Below are positions 47,513 through 54,972 of a DNA stretch of 64,000 nt, in pieces (position 1 is the stretch's first letter; every line of letters begins with the position of its first letter). The position numbers were made by a program, and so were the translations under genes. The stretch lies in assembly GCA_016193045.1 (NCBI GenBank), contig JACPSW010000086.1, positions 11,135-75,134 of the forward strand. Direction: 5' to 3'. A model generated the notes under the pieces. It was not told the DNA's origin and did not search any database. It saw only the letters and a program-made list of their open reading frames with translations. Origin of the DNA: Candidatus Rokuibacteriota bacterium. GTDB taxonomy: Bacteria > Methylomirabilota > Methylomirabilia > Rokubacteriales > CSP1-6.

Positions 47513-48718
47513 TTGTTCCCCGACCACTCCCGAGACGAGGCGTTCCTGGCTTCCGCGGCCCGCGCCTTCCTGAACGAGGAGCCCCCCAGAGAGACGCTCG
47601 GGTCCGCCGCGCACTCGCTCGATTGGGGCTGGATCCTCAGCCGGGCCGAAGATGAACGGCTCGCCCCCCTCCTCTATGCGGTCGTTCGCTCCCTCCCCGT
47701 TCCCGGCACCGTCCTCGAGCGTCTCCGCGCCGCCTGGGTCAACGGCCGCCGCCAGCACCTGGCCGGGGCCGAGCAGCTCTCCGAGGTCCTCTCCGCCTTC
47801 GAGCGCGAGGGACTGGCGGTCCTGGCGCTGAAGGGCCCGGTCCTGGGCGAGAGCCTCTACCGGGATCCGGGGCTCCGTTCCTTCACCGACCTGGACCTCC
47901 TCATCCACGCCGCCGACGTTCCCCGCGCCGTGTCGCTGCTCGCGGCGCTGGGCTATTGCGACCAGGACCCCGAGCACTCGCTCCCGTACAAGCTGGCCTG
48001 GCGGCATTCGGCTTCCTTTGCCGGTGCCGGGAGCCGGGGGGACCGCCTTCCCGTCGATCTGCACTGGGGGCTGTTGGAATCGCCCGGCATCGCGCCGGCG
48101 CCGCCGATCGGCCTCAAGGAGATCTGGGATCGGGCGGTCAAGCTTGAGGGATGGGATCGTTCCGCGCGAGGGCTCTGCCCCGAGGATCTGCTCATCTACC
48201 TGGCGGCCCACTGGGCGGTTCACCACGCGTTCTCGGGTTTCCTCTGGGGGCTGGACCTGGCCCTGCTACTGCGCCGCTGCGGAGGCGCTCTGGACTGGGA
48301 GGGCGTGGCTGAGCGCGGCAAGCGCTGGGGAGTGCGCGGGGCGCTCTACCACGCGCTGCAGGAGATTCAGGCGGGATTCGCCGTGGGGCCTCCGCCTGGA
48401 TTCCTGGCCGGGCTCCGGCCGGGGGGGCTGCGCCGCTGGCTGCTCGAATGGCTCCGCCACCGAAGGGGCGACCGGCTGGAGCGGCTCGACTACCTCATTC
48501 CCGTCCTCCTGATGGACAGGGGATCGGACGTGTTCCGGGCCCTGTCGAGCGCCGCGCTACCCGCAGGTGGCTGGGCGCGCTTCCGCTACGGGAAGCGGTC
48601 CCTGCTCGGGGCGTACCTGGCCCATTACAGGAGGGCTGGAAGAGTCTGCCTCAGGACTGCTCGCGCCGCTTTCCCGCTCACCGTCCCTCTCCCCCGCTGG
48701 GGGAGAGGACAAAGGTGA
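47513..48718 (+). CDS. Nucleotidyltransferase family protein (NTP_transf_5-like); start uncertain
   Basis: LKGPVLGESLY.DPGLRSFTDLDLLI, VDLHWGL, PEDLLIYL..H. Confidence 0.85.
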   Translation: MFPDHSRDEAFLASAARAFLNEEPPRETLGSAAHSLDWGWILSRAEDERLAPLLYAVVRSLPVPGTVLERLRAAWVNGRRQHLAGAEQLSEVLSAFEREGLAVLALKGPVLGESLYRDPGLRSFTDLDLLIHAADVPRAVSLLAALGYCDQDPEHSLPYKLAWRHSASFAGAGSRGDRLPVDLHWGLLESPGIAPAPPIGLKEIWDRAVKLEGWDRSARGLCPEDLLIYLAAHWAVHHAFSGFLWGLDLALLLRRCGGALDWEGVAERGKRWGVRGALYHALQEIQAGFAVGPPPGFLAGLRPGGLRRWLLEWLRHRRGDRLERLDYLIPVLLMDRGSDVFRALSSAALPAGGWARFRYGKRSLLGAYLAHYRRAGRVCLRTARAAFPLTVPLPRWGRGQR

Positions 48719-48724
48719 GGGGGG
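48673..48724. repeat. REP-like palindrome, second copy, at a convergent gene junction
   Basis: CTCACC..CCTCTCCCCC-GCT-GGGGGAGAGG..GGTGAG; similar to 9479-9530. Confidence 0.68.
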
Positions 48725-49060
48725 CTACGTAAAACGGGAGCGGGCGGCAGCCTCGTCGTCGTAAATCTCGAAGAACTTGTTCAGGCGGGTGAGCTCCAGG
48801 ACCATCCGCACGTCCTTGGTCATCCCGCAGAGCGCCAGCCGCCCGCCTCCCTTCAACGCCTCCCGGCGCGCGGCCATCAGGATGCCGAGCCCCGAGCTGT
48901 CGATGTAGGTGGCGCCCGCCAGGTTGACGACGATCTGCGGGGAGGCGGCCTTCGCGAGGTCGCCGAGGGTATCCCGGATGCGGGCGACGGCGTTCACGTC
49001 GATCTCGCCGACCATGTCCACGATGACCAAGTTCGACTCCCGGCGGACGGCGATCTCCAT
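48725..49060 (-). CDS. STAS-domain anti-sigma-factor antagonist
   Basis: GEID, TYIDSSGLGIL (phosphorylatable Ser), VLELTRL. Confidence 0.9.
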   Translation of the reverse strand: MEIAVRRESNLVIVDMVGEIDVNAVARIRDTLGDLAKAASPQIVVNLAGATYIDSSGLGILMAARREALKGGGRLALCGMTKDVRMVLELTRLNKFFEIYDDEAAARSRFT

Positions 49061-49067
49061 GGGCCCC

Positions 49068-50240
49068 TCAGCGCGCCTTCCGGGCGTCGTCCCCGGGCAT
49101 CTCGGCGATCTTCACCGTGACGTCCAGCGGCTGCTTCTTCCGGAGCACGCCGAGCATCACGCTCTTTCCCACCTCGGACTCGGCCACCAGCCGCTGGAGG
49201 TGGTGGTAGTCGTCCACCGGGGTTCGGTCGAAGGCGAGGATGAGGTCGCCCTGCTGGAGACCCGCGTCGGCGGCGGGGCTCTTCGGGTAGGTCGAGGCGA
49301 CCACCGCGCCGGCCGTGCCCGTGGCGCCGAGCGACTGAGCCAGCTCGGGCGTGAGGGGCTGCACGGCCACCCCCAGCCAGCCCCGGACGACCTTGCCCTT
49401 GGCGATGAGCTGGTTGGCCACCCGCTTGACCATGTTGATGGGAATCGCGAACCCGATCCCCTGGCCGGCCGCCACGATGGCGGTGTTGATCCCCACGACC
49501 TCCCCCTTCAGGTTCAGCAGCGGGCCGCCCGAGTTGCCCGGGTTGATGGAGGCGTCGGTCTGGATGAAGTTCTCGTAGGTCGCGATCCCGACGTCGGCCC
49601 GGCCGGTGGCGCTGATCACCCCGACCGTGACGGTCTGGTCCAGGCCGAAGGGGTTGCCGATGGCGATGGCCCACTCGCCCACCTTGAGCGTATCGGAGTT
49701 CCCCAGCCGGGCGACGGTGATCTCGGAATCCGGCTGGAACCGGACGACGGCCAGGTCGGTCTTCGGGTCATGGCCGACGACGCGGCCGCGGTATTCCTTC
49801 TTCGAGGAGAGGCGGACGGTGATCTCATCGGCCCCCTTGACCACGTGGAAGTTGGTCAGGACGAGCCCCTGCTTGTCGATGATGACTCCGGAGCCGAGGC
49901 TCGGCTGCTTGAACTCGCCCCGCGGCCCCTGCCCCCCGCCGAAAAACTGCTCGAAGAAGTCCTTGAAGAGCGGGTCATCGCTGAACGGGCCGGGCGTGAG
50001 GGGGCGCCGCCCCTTGGCGAGGGTGACGGTCCCGATGTTGACCACGGCGGGGCGGACCTGGTCGGCGACCTGGGTGAAGGCCTGCTGGAGGGCTTCGGGG
50101 GTGGCCAGACCGCCGGGCAGGGGGGCCGGGCGGCTGCCGGAGGAGACCCCGTTCAGCGCCGCGTTCAGTCCGAACCCCACCCCGAGCGAGGCCAGAACCA
50201 GGAGCGTGACCAGGACCCCAGTTCGCATCGGAGAAGTCAT
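49068..50240 (-). CDS. HtrA/DegP-family serine protease, one PDZ domain
   Basis: GSGVII, LTNFHVV, DLAV, IQTDASINPGNSGGPL, GWLGV. Confidence 0.93.
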   Translation of the reverse strand: MTSPMRTGVLVTLLVLASLGVGFGLNAALNGVSSGSRPAPLPGGLATPEALQQAFTQVADQVRPAVVNIGTVTLAKGRRPLTPGPFSDDPLFKDFFEQFFGGGQGPRGEFKQPSLGSGVIIDKQGLVLTNFHVVKGADEITVRLSSKKEYRGRVVGHDPKTDLAVVRFQPDSEITVARLGNSDTLKVGEWAIAIGNPFGLDQTVTVGVISATGRADVGIATYENFIQTDASINPGNSGGPLLNLKGEVVGINTAIVAAGQGIGFAIPINMVKRVANQLIAKGKVVRGWLGVAVQPLTPELAQSLGATGTAGAVVASTYPKSPAADAGLQQGDLILAFDRTPVDDYHHLQRLVAESEVGKSVMLGVLRKKQPLDVTVKIAEMPGDDARKAR

Positions 50241-50560
50241 ATGCCCGGGCCTCGGAGCGTGAGCCGATGATACCGGCGGGGGGGAGGAGTGTCAAGGAAA
50301 CTGTTGTAACTAGGGTTCTTTTTCCTTGACTGACGTCGACTTACTACGAGACAATTTGCCCGGATTTTTGGCCTAGTTTATGTCGGGTCCTTGCTAAGTT
50401 TCCTGATCTCGGAATCGGTTGAACTTGGCCCATAAACCTTGGCCAAACTGACGACTCGGAGTGTCCACGGGCCATCACCCCGGGAAATCGTGGATCTACC
50501 CGTTGAAGCAAAAGTATTCGAAAAACATGAAGTTCGTGCCATCCTGTGCATGGGAGAAGC

Positions 50561-50576
50561 TGGCACGGCACGTGCT
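50561..50576 (+). promoter_or_regulatory. Probable sigma54 promoter for the polysaccharide operon
   Basis: TGGCAC-GGCAC-GTGCT (one mismatch, GG and GC correctly spaced), downstream of an AT-rich region. Confidence 0.6.
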
Positions 50577-50641
50577 CTCTCCCGGGAGTTTAGAGGGACA
50601 GACGGGAACTCTAAGGCCATTTCGTCGGGGAGCGAGAAAGC

Positions 50642-50860
50642 TTGGACGAAGTCATCACCCCTTCCCAAGTAGCAGCCCTTCTCAAGATTCACGTAAAAAC
50701 CGTCTATCGGCTCGCTGAGGCGGGGGCGATACCCGGAAACAAGTTCGGGCGCAACTGGCGCTTTAGCAAAAAGATCATTCTGAAGCTCGTGGCAGGGACG
50801 CCCAATTTGCGCATAGGCGCTGAGAACCCAGGACGGACAGAAGGAGCGAAGTCCTCTTGA
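50642..50860 (+). CDS. Excisionase-family helix-turn-helix DNA-binding protein
   Basis: ITPSQVAALLKIHVKTVYRLAEAGAIPGNKFGRNWRF; TTG start. Confidence 0.8.
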   Translation: MDEVITPSQVAALLKIHVKTVYRLAEAGAIPGNKFGRNWRFSKKIILKLVAGTPNLRIGAENPGRTEGAKSS

Positions 50861-52443
50861 TGGGTTGCGGCGGGTTCGCTCGACTGGTTTTTCTGCGCAG
50901 CCGGGGAGTTCTCTGCTGGAGCCTGGTCCTCACTCTCGCGTTCCCCCCTTCGCTCTGGGCCCAGGCCCCCTCCCCAGGCGCGCCGACTGCGCTCCCGGCT
51001 GCTCCGCCGGCCGCCGCCCCGCCCGCGCAGACGCGCTTCATGCTGGGTCCCGATTACCGCCTGGGCCCCGGTGACACGGTGGAGGTGATCATCGCGGGCC
51101 GGCTGGACATCGCGCGCCAGGTCCTGGTGGTGACGCCCGAGGGCAACCTCCACCTCCCGCCGATGGGCACCATCCCCGTCGCCGGGCTCACCGTGGCGGA
51201 GGCGCGGAAAGAACTCGTCCGGCGGGCCCAGCCGCTCTTCAAGTTCTTCGACCTGACCTTCACCGTGCTGATCGCCCGCGCCTTCGAGGTCACGGTCTCG
51301 GGAGAGGTGGAGCGGCCGGGAACCTACGCCGTGACCGCCACGGACCGGCTCGTCCAGGTGATCACCGCCGCCGGCGGGGTCACGCCCCGCGGATCGCTCC
51401 GGAACGTGGCCCTGCTGCGTGCGGGAACGGCGGAGCGCACGGCGGACCTCTTGCGCTTCGCCCTGCGCGGGGACCTGTCCCACAACCCGTACATGAGCGA
51501 GGGGCTGGCGGTCCACGTGCCGCCCCGCGGTCCCTCGGTCAGCCTGCTGGGAAGCGTGGCGCGCCCCGGCGACTACGAGATCGGGGAGGAGAGGACTCTG
51601 GCGACCCTTCTCGCTCTGACCGGAGGGCTTGCCTACCAGGCGGCGCTGGGCGAAGCGCGGCTCACGCGGGTCGGTCCCGACAACAAGAAGGAGACCGGCG
51701 CCCTGGATCTCGCGCGGGCGCTGGCCCCCGGCGCCCCGGACGTGGAGCTCCGGGGCGGGGACGTGCTGTTCGTGCCTCCGATCGCCGTGCTTCAGGACGT
51801 GGTGGAGGTGCGCGGCGCGTTCCTCGGGACCGGGGCGGACCCGGGCAAGACCACGACCGTCGGCAAGCAGACGCTCGTGGCGCGGATTGAGCTGGCCTCG
51901 GGCGACCGCGTCAAGGACGTCGTCGTGAAGGCCGGCGGGGTGGCGCCGTACGCCAACTTCCGGCGGGCCTTCGTGGAGCGCGGCGGGGTCAGTGGCCCGC
52001 CGCAGACCATCCCCGTGGACCTCCAGCGGCTCCTCGTGGAAAAGGACGAGAGCCAGAACCTCGCGCTCCTGAACGGGGATGTGTTCGTCGTCCCGGTCGT
52101 CGAGGACAAGGTCTACGTCGTCGGAAACGTGCGGGCCCCGGGGGCCTTCGATCACCGGCCATTCTACTCCCCCAAGGACTACATCCTCCTGGCGGGCGGC
52201 CCGGATCGCCGCGCCAAGATGGGGGCGGCCACCGTCACGCTCCCCAGCGGCAAGGTGTACAAGCTCGAGGAGGCGCCGCCGCTGGAGCCCGGGGCCGTGG
52301 TGCAGGTGCCGGAGGTGCTGTTGAAGTGGTGGGAGGATTACCTCCTGATTGCCTCCGCGGTCGCCAGCATCGCGACCGCCTATACGGGGCTCTACATCCT
52401 GTTCAAGGGGCCGATCTTCGTGCCGGCCGGCGGCGACCGGTAA
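50860..52443 (+). CDS. Polysaccharide export protein with SLBB repeats (Wza/KpsD-like)
   Basis: DYRLGPGD, EGNLHLP..G.I.VAGLT, GEVERPG.Y, repeated SLBB units. Confidence 0.88.
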   Translation: MGCGGFARLVFLRSRGVLCWSLVLTLAFPPSLWAQAPSPGAPTALPAAPPAAAPPAQTRFMLGPDYRLGPGDTVEVIIAGRLDIARQVLVVTPEGNLHLPPMGTIPVAGLTVAEARKELVRRAQPLFKFFDLTFTVLIARAFEVTVSGEVERPGTYAVTATDRLVQVITAAGGVTPRGSLRNVALLRAGTAERTADLLRFALRGDLSHNPYMSEGLAVHVPPRGPSVSLLGSVARPGDYEIGEERTLATLLALTGGLAYQAALGEARLTRVGPDNKKETGALDLARALAPGAPDVELRGGDVLFVPPIAVLQDVVEVRGAFLGTGADPGKTTTVGKQTLVARIELASGDRVKDVVVKAGGVAPYANFRRAFVERGGVSGPPQTIPVDLQRLLVEKDESQNLALLNGDVFVVPVVEDKVYVVGNVRAPGAFDHRPFYSPKDYILLAGGPDRRAKMGAATVTLPSGKVYKLEEAPPLEPGAVVQVPEVLLKWWEDYLLIASAVASIATAYTGLYILFKGPIFVPAGGDR

Positions 52444-52457
52444 GGAAGGAGGGGGGC

Positions 52458-53264
52458 GTGTACGAGGCCTACTGGGAGCTGAGCGAACCCCCGTTCGACA
52501 ACTCCCCCAATCCCAAGTTCCTCTACCTGTCGCCCGAGCACGAGGAGGCGCTCATCCGCATGGTGTACGCGGTGAAGCACCGCAAGGGCGCGGCGATGCT
52601 CACGGGCGAGTACGGCTGCGGCAAGACCACGCTGTCGCGGGCGCTCCTCCAGCGCCTCGAGACGGAGCGGTACGAGGTGGGCCTCCTGACCAACCCCTCC
52701 TGGAACGCCATCGATTTTCTTCGGGAGATCCTCTACCAGATGGGCGTGGACACCCCGGAGAAGGGGAAGGTGGAGCTGCTGCGCACGCTCAACGACCTCT
52801 TCTACCGGAACTTCAAGGCGGGCCGGGACAACGTCCTCATCGTGGACGAAGCCCAGCTCATCGAGGGCGATGCCATCTTCGAGGAGATCCGCCTCCTGCT
52901 GAACTTTCAGCTCGACGACCGCTTCCTGGTGACGCTGCTGCTGATCGGGTCCCCCGAGCTGCGGGACAAGGTCCGCCGGATTCGCCACCTGGACCAGCGG
53001 ATCACCGTCCGGTACCATCTGAACACGCTGGACGATCAACACACCGCCAACTACATCGCGCACCGGCTCAAGATGGCGGGCCAGCCCCGGCGCATCTTCA
53101 CCGACGAAGCGGTGCGGTTGATCTTCGACTTCACCCGCGGGACGCCGCGGGAGATCAACAACCTCTGTGATATCTCGCTCCTCATCGGCTACTCCAAGCG
53201 GGTCCGGGAGATCGACGAGAAGATCGTTGCGGAGGTGATCAAGGACACCGTGGGAGTGGTGTGA
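52458..53264 (+). CDS. ExeA-like AAA ATPase
   Basis: YEAYWEL...PF...P.P.FLY, TGEYGCGKTT, IVDEAQ, GTPREINNLCD; AGGAGG RBS before GTG. Confidence 0.9.
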   Translation: MYEAYWELSEPPFDNSPNPKFLYLSPEHEEALIRMVYAVKHRKGAAMLTGEYGCGKTTLSRALLQRLETERYEVGLLTNPSWNAIDFLREILYQMGVDTPEKGKVELLRTLNDLFYRNFKAGRDNVLIVDEAQLIEGDAIFEEIRLLLNFQLDDRFLVTLLLIGSPELRDKVRRIRHLDQRITVRYHLNTLDDQHTANYIAHRLKMAGQPRRIFTDEAVRLIFDFTRGTPREINNLCDISLLIGYSKRVREIDEKIVAEVIKDTVGVV

Positions 53265-53302
53265 ATGCTGCGTGGCGCGGCCCGCGCGCCGGGCGTGGTG
53301 GC

Positions 53303-54394
53303 ATGAGAGGAGGGCGCTGGTTGGTTAGGATGAGCGATCTGGTTCGGGGCATTCACCGGGAGGGCGCCGAGCCCCCGGCCCGCGAGGCCCCGCCAGCCGC
53401 CCGCCCTCCCGCGAGCGCGGCCCCGCCGGCCCAGGCGCCGCCGCGGGTCCGGTTCCCGACGGAGCCTCTCCCAGCGCCGCCGGCAAAGGAGCCGACCCCA
53501 TCCGCGGAGGCTCCCCCCGCCGAAGGGGAGGGGGCCGCCGGGTCCGAGCAGCTCTTCACCGAGCTCCTGGCGTTCGTCGGCCGGCTCCCCGGCCTGGCCC
53601 GCGAGGGTCGCGAATTCCCGTGGGGATGGTTGCAGCGCCTCCTGGAGCGCGTGATCCGCTCGCTCGAGGAGTCGGCGGACCTCTTCTGGCTGGCCAACAA
53701 CCCCCCCTCGGCCGGGGCGGAGTACCTGGTGGCCCACATGACGTCCGTCGGCATTCTCTCGATGCAGATCGGCAGAGGGCTCGGCTACGACCGGGAGCGG
53801 CTCCTGGATCTCGGGATGGCCGCGTTTGTCTTCGACATCGGGATCGCCAGCCTGCCCGCCGGCGCGGACCCGGCCGCGTCTCAGACGCACGCCCAGCTCT
53901 CGGCCGAGATCGTGCGCCGCTGGGCGCCGCCGCGGGTCGGCGTCGTCGAGGCCGTGCTCCAGCATCACGAGCGCGAGAACGGCCGGGGGTTCCCCCAGCG
54001 CCTGACGGGTGGGGCCATTCATCCCAACGCCAAGATCATCGGCCTCATGGATGTCTACACGGCGCTGATCTTTCCCCGTCCGCCGGCGCCGCGCGTGCAG
54101 CCCTATCAGGCGGTCCGTCAGATCGTGAGCTCCAAGCACGAGGACTTCGCCACGCCGCTCATCAAGGCGCTCCTGGCCGAGATCTCCGTGTTCCCGCCCC
54201 GGACCGTCGTGAGGCTCAACACCGGGGAGGTGGGGCGGGTGATCGCCGTCAACCGCGACCACCCCCTGCGGCCGAAGGTCGAGATCGTGGCCGATTCGAA
54301 GGGGAACCCGCTGCCCACGCCGAAGATCCTCGATCTTTCGGAGGCGCCCTTCATCTACGTGACGGGACCGGTGCAGGAGGAAGGGCGGAGATGA
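53303..54394 (+). CDS. Degenerate HD-GYP domain protein
   Basis: QHHERENGRGFP, AKIIGLMDVYTAL, C-terminal VRLNTGEVG..PLRP; HD replaced by FD; start uncertain (53261-53330). Confidence 0.8.
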   Translation: MRGGRWLVRMSDLVRGIHREGAEPPAREAPPAARPPASAAPPAQAPPRVRFPTEPLPAPPAKEPTPSAEAPPAEGEGAAGSEQLFTELLAFVGRLPGLAREGREFPWGWLQRLLERVIRSLEESADLFWLANNPPSAGAEYLVAHMTSVGILSMQIGRGLGYDRERLLDLGMAAFVFDIGIASLPAGADPAASQTHAQLSAEIVRRWAPPRVGVVEAVLQHHERENGRGFPQRLTGGAIHPNAKIIGLMDVYTALIFPRPPAPRVQPYQAVRQIVSSKHEDFATPLIKALLAEISVFPPRTVVRLNTGEVGRVIAVNRDHPLRPKVEIVADSKGNPLPTPKILDLSEAPFIYVTGPVQEEGRR

Positions 54395-54963
54395 CCCTTT
54401 CCATTCGTCCCCTGGCGCTGACGGACCGCGAGGAACTGGCCGCCCTGGTGGAGGCGAATCTCTCCGCCCTCGAAGGGGGGCTGTCCGTCCTGGAGCGGCG
54501 TTTCCCCGCCGGCCAGGTGCCCGTGGACCTGGTGGCCGTGGACGCGCGCGAGCGGCTCGTCCTCGTGATCCTGGGCTCGGGCTCCAATCCCGCCATGCTG
54601 CTCCAGAGCCTGGAGGCCTATGCCTGGTGCCGCGAGAACGGGGCGCTGCTCGGGCGTCTCCTTCCGGGCGTCCGGATCGACCCGGCCGCCCCGCCCCGGC
54701 TCTTCCTGCTGGCCCCGCGCTTCTCGGACAGCCTGCGACGCACGGCCCGCTACCTGGGCCCGCTCTCTCCCGTGCTCGTCGAATGCCGCTGCCTCGAGGT
54801 CAACGGCGAGCGCGGGATCTGTTTCGAGCCGGTGGAGGGGGACGTGGAGGCCGCGGCGCCGCCCGAGCCGGTCCCGCCGGCGCCGGGCGATGGCCCGCGC
54901 GAACGCGTCAAGCAGCTGGTGAGCCACCTGGAGCGCCTGAGCTTCGGGGAAGCGTTCCGGTGA
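54391..54963 (+). CDS. Hypothetical protein with a degenerate NucS/PD-(D/E)xK-like domain
   Basis: LEGGLSVLER.F....VDLVAVD....LVLV pattern, ExK absent; AGGAGG RBS, ATGA overlap. Confidence 0.6.
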   Translation: MTLSIRPLALTDREELAALVEANLSALEGGLSVLERRFPAGQVPVDLVAVDARERLVLVILGSGSNPAMLLQSLEAYAWCRENGALLGRLLPGVRIDPAAPPRLFLLAPRFSDSLRRTARYLGPLSPVLVECRCLEVNGERGICFEPVEGDVEAAAPPEPVPPAPGDGPRERVKQLVSHLERLSFGEAFR

Positions 54964-54972
54964 TCTAAGGCT

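Noticed and set aside
45505..48718. Classical lasso peptide or PQQ biosynthesis cluster
   Set aside because: No asparagine-synthetase-like cyclase or transglutaminase B2; no pqqB/pqqC; peptide lacks the PqqA ExxxY C-terminal pattern and a ring-forming Asp/Glu in the core
50642..50860. Prophage inferred from the excisionase-like gene
   Set aside because: No integrase, structural or replication phage genes nearby
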